A model generated the notes under the pieces. The model was given only the letters and a program-made list of their open reading frames with translations, searched no databases and was not told the origin of the DNA. Below are positions 17,140 through 38,700 of a DNA stretch of 64,000 nt, piece after piece. The number at the start of each line of letters is the position of its first letter. The stretch's first letter is position 1. The DNA lies in the NCBI GenBank assembly GCA_012295275.1, contig CM022666.1, positions 7,068,001-7,132,000 of the forward strand, in the 5' to 3' direction. A program made the translations under genes and the position numbers. Source of the stretch: Chrysomallon squamiferum. Its lineage: Eukaryota; Animalia; Mollusca.

Positions 17140-17370
17140 TGAGCATTCAAAACATACAAACAGTTAATAGGAATATAGTATCCAGTATAATAATAATTCA
17201 AACAGCAAGAATTTAAAATGTACAAATGGTTAACAGGAATATAGTATCCAGTTTAATATTAATTCAAATAGCGATCATTCAAAACTTACAAATGGTTAAC
17301 AGGAATATAGTATCCAGTGTAATATTAATTGAAATGACAAGCTTTTGAAATTAACTGGAACATAGTCTCA
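17140..17370. repeat. 66-bp tandem repeat, about 3.5 copies
   Basis: AGGAATATAGTATCCAGT recurs at 17169, 17235 and 17301. Confidence 0.85.
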
Positions 17371-19879
17371 AGACCAATTGTTAGTGATCAACTATTCAGA
17401 ATATAACTTCAGAGACATGTTTACATATTCAAAAGTATGGAGAATAAAATTATGTAAATTATTTCATTCAAAACATAAAACATTAAGAATATACTGAATA
17501 TGTTGTCAGACTAAATAGTTAATTTTACTTTTGATCCATATATAAATTAAAATTGAGTGATACAATAATACTATCAGCTTTAAGTATAAATTCAAGCTGC
17601 AATTTGTTATTCAAAATTTTGAAATAATTGATTTGAATATACTCTAATATCAAGCAATTTAAATATGTCATTATTTCCAAAGCAATTGTTTTTGCATGGA
17701 TTAAAGTATATATATTCTTAAAATGATAAGTTTATTGTATCCTATTTCATTTCATTTGTTTGTTTTAAAAAAATATATTTTATTTTTTAAAATCATGAAA
17801 TACAGCAGTTTTATGAAAATGAAAACTTTAAATTATGTAAGTATCTGATTCAAAAACACAGGAAAATTCATAAAAAAAAAAAAAAAAAAAAAATTGGTTT
17901 TAATTTCTTTAGCAAGACAGATCCAAGATAAAAACTTCTACCTAGAAGAAATCATTTTTTTATTTTATAAGCTTTAAATTTCAACTGGGTTTATAAGTAA
18001 TACCAAAACAAAATAGTAAATAAATGAAAAAGATCAAATATATGGATATATGCATATCTGAACAAAAACATCTAGTGGATAACAGTATAAAAAAAAATAA
18101 TAATAATAATAAAAAATAAAAGTAATAATAAATAAAAAAATAAAAAAATCAGTAATTTTGTGTTATGTATTCTAATTAAAAAAACATATGCATCAAGCTA
18201 ATTAAAGATTTTATACAAAAATGTCAAATTATCAGTCTTCTTGTTTTAGTAAATATCTGAAATGCACACACATACACACTAACAGAAAATACAAGTGAAA
18301 AAAGTAATTAAAACAAAATCCCCACCCTCCAATGTTAGTTTTCTAAACAGACAAAACTGCATGACAAATTAATAAGCAGGTGAAAAAAAAAAAAAAAAGA
18401 AATGCATGAAATTTCAAGGTGATAAACATTTTTCTTTTTCATGTGCAAGAAGAACACTGGGTAATTCTTCTTCTTTGGTAATGCCTTCTTTGTTTACAGA
18501 GCACTCGAGTTAATCAGTATTAACTGAAGGCAATTTGTCTTTTCTTTCCAGTTTCTTTTGAGCATTTGTCACTTATGGAATTGTTTCAAAGGTTAATTAA
18601 AATGATCTTTTTTAATAAGAAAGAAAAAAAAAGTTTGCTTTTCTGTTTATTTCTTTTGCTTGTAGTTTTTACTGCAAATTTACACTTTTTTTTCTTTTTA
18701 CATTACTTTTTCAACCAATTTAATTAATTATTCTTTTTCTTTCATCATACTTTTTAAACTTTAAGTTTCATTTCTTTTCTCTTTAACTTATTTCTTTTAA
18801 TAGCAATTAAAAAAAAAAATTAAAAAAAATTCTACATTAAAAATTATTTCTATAATTACTCTTTCCACTAAATTAATTGTCTTTTTTCATATTATATTTC
18901 TTTAAAAAATAAAATAAAATAAATAAATGTAAAAAAATATATAAAAATTCATAAATTAGATCAAGCCATTAAACATCCATACTTTGGTTTCACAAATGTT
19001 ATTCACAAATGCATTCAACTACTGATTTAATTTTGATATATCTTCATGGGTAACACATACTGAAGATAAATACCTTCAATTTAGTTTTTTTTGTTTTTTA
19101 ATAACTTCGTTTCAGAAATGCAATTCCTGATGTAAACATCCTCCACAATTTCTTCTAATACTTATTCCTAGCATTATGTTGGTATAATACTTTTAAATGA
19201 TTTTGTTTTTTTTTCCTGTAGGTACTTGTTTATTAATATATTCCAAATTCGACTGTATTATAACTTTCCATATTTCAACAATTTGATCAAAATATCTGAA
19301 TCAATGTATTCCATGTTATTGTATTTTGACTCTTCCTCATAATTACTTTAACTATTTGGACAAACCTCTTAAAAAATTATTTATAATGGTACCAACTGTT
19401 TTTTTCTCTCTTCCAAATGAATGTTTTACTTAACAGTTTTGTTCAATAATTTATTTAAATTATTGAGATTTTTTTTTTTTTTTTTATCCATTCCAAACAA
19501 ATTTAAATAAACTGGATAAAGTGTTCTTCCAACTGAATATTTTCACTTTTCTTCATAATTTTTTTTCACTTTTCTTACGAATGAACATTTTAACTACCTG
19601 GACAAAACCGTTCTAGTTTGTTTTCTTTTTCTTCTTTTTTTTTTTTTTTTGCATGTTTGACATCACCTAGATGTTTATATTTCTATTTGACAGCTTGTAT
19701 AGATCATACACATTCTCAATATGATAATGATATTTAAAAAAAGAAACTAACAGGCAGAGATCATTGTTGCATAGCTGTTAAATCACGTGGTCCCTCGGTT
19801 TTCACTAATGAGGTTCTTGTTGTTGTTATTGTCTCCATGCATGATGGGTAATTTTTATCATCTCAATAATAACAATAAC

Positions 19880-19933
<54 letters not shown>

Positions 19934-19958
19934 TAGTAATAATAATAATAATAATAAT

Positions 19959-20003
<45 letters not shown>

Positions 20004-20628
20004 CATTATCATCATAACAACAACAAAAATAATTTCTAGTTTTGTTCAACACAGACTTATTAAATTTTAATTTCCATTAAAGAATCATTTTTAATTGAAT
20101 ATTTTTTCTTCTTTTTCAAACAATGGTTATTTTCTTCTATAAATTTACAGCTTCTTTTCATAACCATTTGTGAATCATTTCATTCTCTCTGTAAAAATTA
20201 TTTCAACAAAATGATTTTTGCTCTTTGAACAGATGTTAATCAATTGTTGCTAAAGGTATAATTTTTAAATTTTCATGTTCTTTATAAAAAAAAAAATAAT
20301 AATAATAAAATATTAAAAAAAACCATTTTGGTTGAATAAATTCAATTTCTAAGTCAGTTTTTTTAAGGTATGCATTTAATAAATTCATTTACCACCATCT
20401 CTTAATTATGTAATTCCTTTCTATATATAAAATAATTCTCTTCTTAAAATGTATAGTCATATTATTTTCTGTGAAGCTGCCAAATGTCAATTATTTTCAT
20501 TCTGTTTTAAATCTTTTTTTTTTTCCCTGCTCTTTGATTATTTTCTGTTTAATCTGGAGAATTTTTTTTTTTTTTTTCCACCTCAAACTGGAAACTTAAA
20601 CAATAACCCAGCTAATTGTTAATATTAA

Positions 20629-20664
<36 letters not shown>

Positions 20665-21629
20665 ATAATTTATTTAGTAAATTCATATACCCATTATTTA
20701 TTACATTTCTGTTCCATTTTATGGGTTGAGAGCTGAACAATTTATTAAAATATGAACTTGAGAAAAAAATGGTATTTAATAAAAAAAACATTTAATAATT
20801 TAATTTTTTTTTACATATGCAATTGGACAAATCTAGAAAATTAACTGCTCATATTTCCTCTGATTTAAGTTTTAAGAAAAAAGACAGAAAGAACATAAAA
20901 AAACTATATAACTAGCATAACCAAAAATTTGTTTGTAATGTTCAGTCTTATAAAAATTATGTGATTTTATTTAATCATTTGCTTACTGTGTCAAAACTTA
21001 AATTAACTGAAAGAGAATAATCTTAAGAAGAACACCATCTTAGCTAAAACTTCAAGGTCATGTAAAGAAATTTTGTTTGTTATTTTAAATTATTTCTAAG
21101 ATGGCACTTTGTTATCTCACTGAACCAATTTTTGTATTTGTGGCAGACATAAAGTTTTTTTTTTTTTTTAAATTAAAAATTAAAAATATTTATTTTCTTC
21201 CTTTTAAAGTCAAAAGTCAAATGTCATTTATCAAGTACAAAAATAAATAAAAATAAATAAATCAATAAATCAATAAAATCAAAAAATCAAAAACTAGGGG
21301 AAAAAAAAAGAAATCACAAATTTTTCTTTACCATGTCTAAGTTTGTAAATCCTAATCTTTATTTTAAACATACATATTATTTTATTTAATAACAATTTTA
21401 TTTGGTCATACTAACAATTAGAAAAACATGAAATCAGACAAAAATTTAATTTTAATTTATGATATAATCTCAGATTTTAATTTCAGTCTGCATTTTTAGC
21501 TTGTTATTAAGAATTTGGTGAATGTGAACAAAATGCATTTATAAAAATAAATGACTGAGAGAGAAAGAATGAAATTTGGGCACAAATGGCTTCAAAATAA
21601 AAATCAATGTTTTAAATAATTTTAACAAA

Positions 21630-21676
<47 letters not shown>

Positions 21677-21837
21677 TAATAATAATAATAATATAATAAA
21701 ATAATATAATAATAATAATATATTAATAGTATAACATTAAAGATAATAATAATAATAAAAATAATAATAATAATATTAATAATAAAAAATTACATAATAA
21801 TGAGGATGATTTAAAAGAAAAATTATAAAATGGAATT

Positions 21838-21895
21838 GCCCATCTCACGTGAATGAGTGCTGGTTACCTGATCACCCCTACACAGTGAAATGGGC
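21838..21895 (-). other. 58-nt RNA stem-loop in the proximal AMMECR1 3' UTR
   Basis: mRNA-sense GCCCAUUUCAC-U-GUGUAGGGGUG / 13-nt loop / CACUCAUUCAC-GUGAGAUGGGC; its two G-U pairs become A-C mismatches on the opposite strand. Confidence 0.6.
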
Positions 21896-21963
21896 TGACC
21901 TCTGCCTGTTACAAATATTCTACTAAATATGATTGGCTGCCATGTTGGACTGTACACTTATTA

Positions 21964-31336
<9,373 letters not shown>

Positions 31337-33200
31337 CTTTATCCTGCCTTAGACTGGTTATGCATGCAAAGCCTAGTCGAATGAACTAAATGCTTATCAA
31401 CAAACAGAACCGGTTTTGGGAGCAAATACACTGGCATTTCGATAATAATAATAAATAACTCGTTCTCGGTCTAGTTTGACCTAGATTTTTATACTGACGC
31501 AAGGTAGCCGATGCAGGTCGTCCTGCCTCATTAAAGATTTTTAAGACAGTATAATAAACGGTGGTTGTTTCTACAATTACTGATTTTGTATTAATATGGA
31601 GAATAATATAAATAACAGAGAAATTCTTATATATCAAACTTCTCCAGACATAGTTAACATTTACATTATAAGAGCAAATTAAATTTTGTTTCTTAATTTA
31701 TATCATCATCATTATTGTATAATACGATTTTCAAATTTACATTTGTTTCGTAAATAATACATCCACTATGGAAAAGATTTGGGATAAAACCCAGAAAGAG
31801 TGAGAGAGGACGAAAAACATTAATATTTACTGGACCTAGGCCAAGGAATGTGACAATATCAAGCTACAGGTTCTTCACCTTTAGACCAAATTGTTATCAA
31901 GGCTGATATATTTACTTGAGTATAATAAATAAATAAATAAACAACATAACAATATTATGTTAACTGTAGTAATATGATTTATCCATTTCTTTTTTTCTTT
32001 TATTTCACGACAAAACTATATTATTGACAGCTAATCTCATTTTGTTAGTCCAGCAATCTGGCATAACACTATTTGAAAATGAATTTTTTATGATCTGTTG
32101 AACACAATACGTCGAAGGAGAGAAAGAATATAATAATAATAATTACATATATAATGAAATGGAAAATTAACACCAATAAAACATTATTTTTTAGCCCTTT
32201 CCAAAAACCTTAAATTACATTGTTAATATGTTGTTTTTCTCCAAAAAAAAGAAGAAAAAAGCTATAAAAAGATGACAGACGTATAGATCCTTCTCTAACG
32301 CAAATTGTGGAGTGGAGCAATGTGCACAACAACGACAGTACTAATACTTTAAAAAAAGAAAGAAAAAAGTGTTCTGAAGTAAGGACGAAATGTGGGGGAT
32401 ACGTAATTTAGTCCAGTTATGGAAAAGTCTAATACGAGTTGTTTCCCTTCTCATACTTCATGGAAACTGGCTGAAAGTTCTATGAATATTCAATTTAGCT
32501 AATACAATATATTTTTTAATAATGTAAGTTTTTCTCAGACAGTAATTTGGTATGTCAAAGGCAGATAGAGTTCCAGTTATGCCTGACATATAATGAATAT
32601 ATTAAAAAATGTATATATCTTCATTTCTCAATCTTCGTAGATTTGACTTTCGTCAAGTTTCGATAGTTATTTACTGGATTTCCGCCCATATTTAAGCTTT
32701 TATTAAATTAGAAACGGAAAATAAGGAATTATTGTTAAATAATTTGTAGAGAAATATCACATGTATTATATTTATAAGATGTTAAATAAACTGCTTAACT
32801 GAACGTGCACAAAATGATTCTATGACTATCGCAGTGTATGTATCGGGCTTCAATGCACATCCAGAAGAAATCGCAAATGGATCACATTTTTTTTTTACCC
32901 AACCATGCACGAACCTTTTCATTTAAGAAGTATAACAACAATAAATTTGTCATAATTAAACATTAGAAAACTCAGAAGTGTTATTGATTACATAATTAAT
33001 TGCTATTTTATGTGAATAATGGTAATTATTTAGGGGAAATCTGAAATAATTGTTTATTATAAGGTTCATAAGATCGTCACATTAGTCAGTCAGATAAATT
33101 TATTAGTGAAATTTCAAGCTATTTCGAAGATTAACACCACTATTAGGAAACCTTTTAGTAACATCGAAATGTGATCATAATTGCCAATAATAACAACAAT
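31337..33200. promoter_or_regulatory. Divergent promoter region between AMMECR1 and WDR53
   Basis: Start codons 1.9 kb apart head-to-head; CpG retained relative to gene bodies; acceptor TTTCAG at 33267 just before the WDR53 ATG implies an upstream non-coding exon here. Confidence 0.55.
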
Positions 33201-33277
33201 ATTTAACACTCGGGTCTGTTACTGTGTTGCTACTGCTCATTATTATTAGTCTTGCCATTTATTTCAGAACTGACAGA

Positions 33278-34298
33278 ATGATACAGACATTAACAGGAGG
33301 CCATACAACATCTGTGTTGTGTGTTGATGTATCCACAACAAATCAGCTAGCATCAGGAGGTGAGAATGGAGAACTTTGCCTTTGGTCATCGTCAAGAAAT
33401 CTACTTCACAAATTTGTCAAAGAGGAAAAAGACTGTACTTCTGTTTTGTTCTCAAAAAAGAACCCTACCATGCTTTTTGCATCATTTCAAGATGAAATTT
33501 TGATGTTTAATGTCGAAGGAGACCTGCAGAGTCCAGTGAGGTCATTGTGTTCTAATCAAGAGGAGGTAAATCAGCTACAGATTGATGACAAAGAAGAGTT
33601 TCTGGCAGCATGTGATGACTCGGGAGAGATTAAAATTATCAACATTCAGGACTGGAAAGTTTTTAAAACACTCCGTCACAAACATACAAATATATGTTCA
33701 TCTGTACATTTCCGTCCCGGTCATCCTTGGCAGATATTCAGCGGGGGTTTAGACTGCAAACTTTTCCACTGGGATTTCGCTAAATTAAAAACCCTGAATC
33801 AGCTGAACATGCAGGAACTGCAGAGCACCCCCTCAGATGCTTCTGGATATATGCTGAATCCACCCTTGATCCATCACATCGATGTCTCCCCCAATGGGAA
33901 AATTCTAGCCTGTGCCTTGGAGAATGGACAGATTGAAGTTTTTAACACTTCACAGCGACACATCCGAGAAATGTTCAGCTTGTTCACATGAACAAGGAAC
34001 ATCACAGGTTCATTTTCTCACAGACAATTTACTGGTCTCGGGTGGAAATGACCGAGTGGTTGTGTTATGGGACCTCAGCAAGGCAGATAATTATGAATCG
34101 TCCGAGAATGGTTCAGTTACCAATGGACATAGCTTGCCATTAGAAAACAGAAACACAGTTATTTCGGAACTTTGTAAAGTTTCATCGATTTCACACACGC
34201 ATAAAGTTAACTGGTTAAAGCCCTTCACTGTAAATGGACAGTCGTTTGTAGCAGTTGCTGATCAGACTCACATCATTAAAATACTACCTCTGAATTGA
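33278..34298 (+). CDS. WDR53: WD repeat-containing protein 53, single coding exon; apparent frameshift near 33986
   Basis: Overlapping ORFs 33224-33991 and 33912-34298 join into a WD40 protein: GGHTTSVLC, NQEEVNQL, LAACDDSGEIKII, HTNICSSVHFRP, SGGLDCKLFHWDF, NPPLIH, HEQGTSQVHF, SGGND, KVNW, all WDR53-like. ATG 33278 follows a splice acceptor. Confidence 0.9.
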
Positions 34299-35298
34299 TG
34301 GTTGAAAATAAAAGTTATTTTAAAATGTTAAGTTATAACCCTAACATAAAAGGCTGTTAAAAAGTCAATATATAGAGGTTTTCATTTTACTTTCCCCCAA
34401 TTATCATCTTTATACTTTTAAAAAGTATGGACAAACTAAATTTTGTAATTGTTTTTTCCTTTTAGAAGTATTTTGTCATATTTGTGTGAGAAAACAAAAA
34501 TTACATTTTGATGTAATATTTATACCTGTTTCTGAAATAAAATTTCAAACATTTAGATATTAATTCTGTTTTTATCTATTTCATTTTTGTCAAAGAATGA
34601 TAGCATTTACATTATCAAAACAAAATATTCTCCATGCTTTCGATAATTTATGCATTATAAAACTTAACAGAATTAATATTTGCTTTTTGTACATTAATGA
34701 AATGATGTAATATCCATTAAAAAAAAAATACCATTGTCTTATTGTTTTCTTAAGTGTGTGTGAGTGCATGCGTGTTTATAAAGTCTATCAAGTCAAACAT
34801 GCAACATTAAACTAGTTCAAGATTTAAAAGCCTCAGGTAAAAAATTTAAACAATATTAAAGTCAAAATTCATTAACAGACTGAGCCAACTGGAATTGTGA
34901 AATATTTATTCGTTACATATTTATAAATGCACACTAAGTTAACAAAGATTATCCATCACTGATAGTAATATGTTGGAACACAACATTTAAATAATCAGAA
35001 GAGTTTATAAGTATCATCATCATTATTAAAACAAATATACATATAATCTGAATTTTAAGAGCATTGTTCTAGTTATTTTGCTTTTTTTTTGGTTTAAACA
35101 AAAAAGATGTTATTTATATGACTTGACAACACTAAATTTATTAAATACAAATGGAATTAAAATGGATTTCAGAATACAATCATTGCTGTATTTCCATCTT
35201 CACCAAAAGAATTTTAAATAAAGCAAAATTTTTATGTTACTTATACAGCATAAAAGTATAAAGGGTAGATATATTTACAAACATTTCTGGTGGAAAAT

Positions 35299-35343
35299 TA
35301 TGGACAAACAGACACTATTCTAAAAATTCAATACAGAAGTCTT

Positions 35344-35392
<49 letters not shown>

Positions 35393-35519
35393 ACACACAC
35401 ACAATATACATATATACGTATATCTATATCTGTCTATAAGTATCTACCTATCTGTCTATATATATATATATTGTAAGACTTGTATATTGAATTTTTAGGA
35501 TACTGTCTGTTGGTCCATA
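35299..35519. repeat. About 50-bp inverted repeat enclosing (AT)n/(CA)n
   Basis: TATGGACAAACAGACACTATTCTAAAAATTCAATACAGAAGTCTTACAAT versus reverse complement of the right arm TATGGACCAACAGACAGTATCCTAAAAATTCAATATACAAGTCTTACAAT. Confidence 0.85.
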
Positions 35520-35867
35520 TAGATATATGTATAAATGTATATCTATATATACATACAGATATATGTATATATGTATATCTACATATATACATATATCTAT
35601 ATATATAAGATTATAGCAGAATCATCAAATATTCAAGTCATTTGCCATGCATGTGTTCAGTAGTTTTGCGTACTTTAACATCATACATAATCTTTGAATG
35701 CTAATTTCAAAATGACAACCGTTAGTTATGACAGTCTGTAAAACGCTTGTATCTTGTTCACCAGGGATTAAACTTTGATATTAGACGAGTCCTTGAATTG
35801 TTCAAGCATTTCCCCACTGACACATCCATCTACATTCACACAAAGCTGACTAGGTTTTCTCTTCTTG

Positions 35868-37878
35868 TTATGTTTCATTGTTAGCATACAGTGCTTTACC
35901 ACGGTGATTAAATGTGTAAAATGCCTGTCTGTTACCAAGCATCTCCCAACTCCTGAAATATATGAAGTAAAGAAAAAAACAAACATTATTAAACAAACTT
36001 AAATTGTATTTCAAAGTCAATAGGGGGGTATCTGTTAATTGGTGCAAGTCATTTGACATCCATCTGGCAAGCAGCCATTTATAAATAACTTCTGATTTAC
36101 AGATTTGAAAAAAAGTATCTGAAGACTTAAGCATAAAAGTAGATACAGAGGTTGTCTTTTTAAATACCCAAAATGTGAAATGCGTCAATGTTTTTTGTTT
36201 GTTTTTAATGGATGGGGTTATATTAATCTCAACAAATTGCAAAGTGTACAGAATGTTTTCAAAATTCATATTTTTTGCATATTTGTTCATACACATATAA
36301 TGTATACAATAAAACAGCTGAAAATTGATATTTTAAAAAGTAAATGTTTTTAATATAAAATAGTTTTTTTTTTTTTAAAATTTTCAGTTCAGAACTTTGG
36401 TGGATCATCAGGATCTTGCTGCAGAAATGGACAGTTAATTTTTAACACTTTTTTAAAAACAAATTTGATTGCTTTACGATAAAAGACAATTATGTTTATA
36501 AATTACAACAACAAAACAAAGAGAAAACAGCTTACTTATTTTCCAACTCTGCACTTGCTTTTATCTCTTTAAAGTTGCCTGTGATGTGCACAACACCATA
36601 ACTAGTTAACAACAATCCCAGAATGCACTGCAGCAAAATCTGAAGAAAAGATCATTCATAGATTTGACAATTTTAAAAATTTTCTGGAGAAAAATATGAA
36701 TCATATTTAAGAAATATTCATATATTTTACAACACTTTTAACAGCCAAAAATGTGGTTGGGAATGTTATTAAAATTTGTACGAATAAGGAGAAGCTTCAT
36801 CACTGATGTAAAAATTTAGAAAAGTGCTAGAAATGCTTATTAAATGTTTGTAGTAACAAGCTAACAATGCATTGTGATGAGTGATGCTTTCTGTTATATT
36901 AGTGATTAAAATAAATGGGCAAAAGGTAAAAAAGTTTTACATTGTTTATAATATTCAACAGAAAAATTATAGATAATAAAGTTATTATGTGTATGCTTTT
37001 CATATTTGTAAACATCTGAGCACACAAATTCATCGTTTTCAAAAAAATAAAATAAAATAAAATAAAATTTAAAACCTTCATAAATTGTTTCAATGACATT
37101 ACATTTTAAAAGTTATTTATTTAAGACTCTTTATTTTCTGATTATCATTAATCTACTTTAGCTTGATTCATACAATTTTCCTATCATTTCTGAAAGACTG
37201 GTGTTTTGAAAAATCTAGATAAAACACTTTTTGAAAACTTACGTCAAGTGGAAGTCGAGTGAATTCCTGTTCTGTTAAACGCAAATAAGTGCGATCTGTG
37301 GGGGAAAAAAAAAAAAAAGTACATATTTGCTTGTGAATATTGTAATTTTTAAAAGATCATTTTAATTTTGGTCCACAATAAATCCAGTATAATATAAATA
37401 TTCCATCACTATAGAATTGAAAGTTAAAATTATTTCAGCTTTTGTGTATTTTGGTATTTCCTACACTATTTCATAGTAATAACTGATTAACTGGATTAAC
37501 TTTGTAATAATTATATTTTATATAATAATGCAAATCTGTGTTTCACTGTTTGTGTACTTTTGATAATAATAATAATTTAAAAATCGGAATCGTTATTATT
37601 TTGTTCCTTCATAATGATTATTCATGGGTCACTAACAAGAGATTTTACTCCATTATTATATTTATAATTATTAAATTTATAATATTAGACTGAGACTCTC
37701 AGTGTCTCAGTAAACCTGAAAATAAATATAAGTTCATAATAAAAAAAAACCCACTAATTATTAAGAAATATGTACAGTTCCTAAAAAACTTTTACTCCTT
37801 ACGTTGAGCAGCTGAATAAGCAGCATGTGCAAGAGCAATCAGTCCAACAGTAACACAAAGATTGTGATAAAACCCCAT
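35868..37878 (-). CDS. MMGT1: Membrane magnesium transporter 1 / ER membrane protein complex subunit 5
   Basis: Exons 37878-37803, 37295-37243, 36639-36536, 35952-35868: [51 protein letters not shown]...FKEI...[31 protein letters not shown] and FNHRG signatures; intact. Confidence 0.96.
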
Positions 37879-37879
37879 A

Positions 37880-38700
37880 ACGCCAGTAGTTTAAATGAAA
37901 ATCATGATCATGGTGTTACAGAGCCCACTTACGGCAAGGGCACGACACAACTGATCTATTTTAAATGTTACGTTTGGTTGACAGTATCATTGCACCACCA
38001 TGGGTGCGTCTAAAATTATGTCGCGAAATCTAATAAGTTGTTTGTAAACAAAATAAACGATTTCTTTGTATCTGATAAATTTGATAACGACAATTATCTA
38101 TTATTGATGTTTTTTCTATAAACAGTGATATAAAACGTAATACAAATTGTTGGGATAATAACGACACTTAATTCGAGGCACTTATAAGGTATCAACCAAA
38201 TTTTCATACTGAAATCGTTTTATCTGTGTATCAATATGTAAAAATATATCCCTATGTGGGCCTTAGGCAGAATGTTCAGGGACGTTGATTATCGAAAATG
38301 CCGAAGCGGCATGGTTTTTGAGAAAATATTTTTCTGATAGTTCATATTCACGTTCATTCATTCAGGAATCAAAGAAAACAAACCAGGTAACTATATCACC
38401 ACACTACTAATGTTTCATTTTATATATCACTAGTCTGTAAAAGGATGCCACCAAGGTTAAGAAATGTAATATTATATGTTGTGTTTCCGCGGGTTTTCTT
38501 TCGTCGATTTATTGTTATGAATTGTACGACACAATGAATACGTGACAGATTCCGAGAGTAATATTTACGTGATTAGACTGATTAAAAATGTGATTTCTTC
38601 AAACTTAATATATATTTTACGGTATTTTAAAGCCGCATCAAATTTTTTGTTTTGTAAAGCGATGACCTCTAAATTGTTCGGCAGACGTTATAATTTTTCA
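37880..38700. promoter_or_regulatory. CpG-retaining divergent promoter; candidate non-coding first exon of the carrier gene ending at 38386
   Basis: CpG-rich stretch upstream of MMGT1; plus-strand donor CAG|GTAACT at 38386; no other plus-strand gene seen before the carrier exons. Confidence 0.45.

Noticed and set aside
33278-34298. WDR53 as a processed pseudogene
   Set aside because: Has an upstream splice acceptor, a promoter-like region and only one lesion; no poly(A) tail or TSD.
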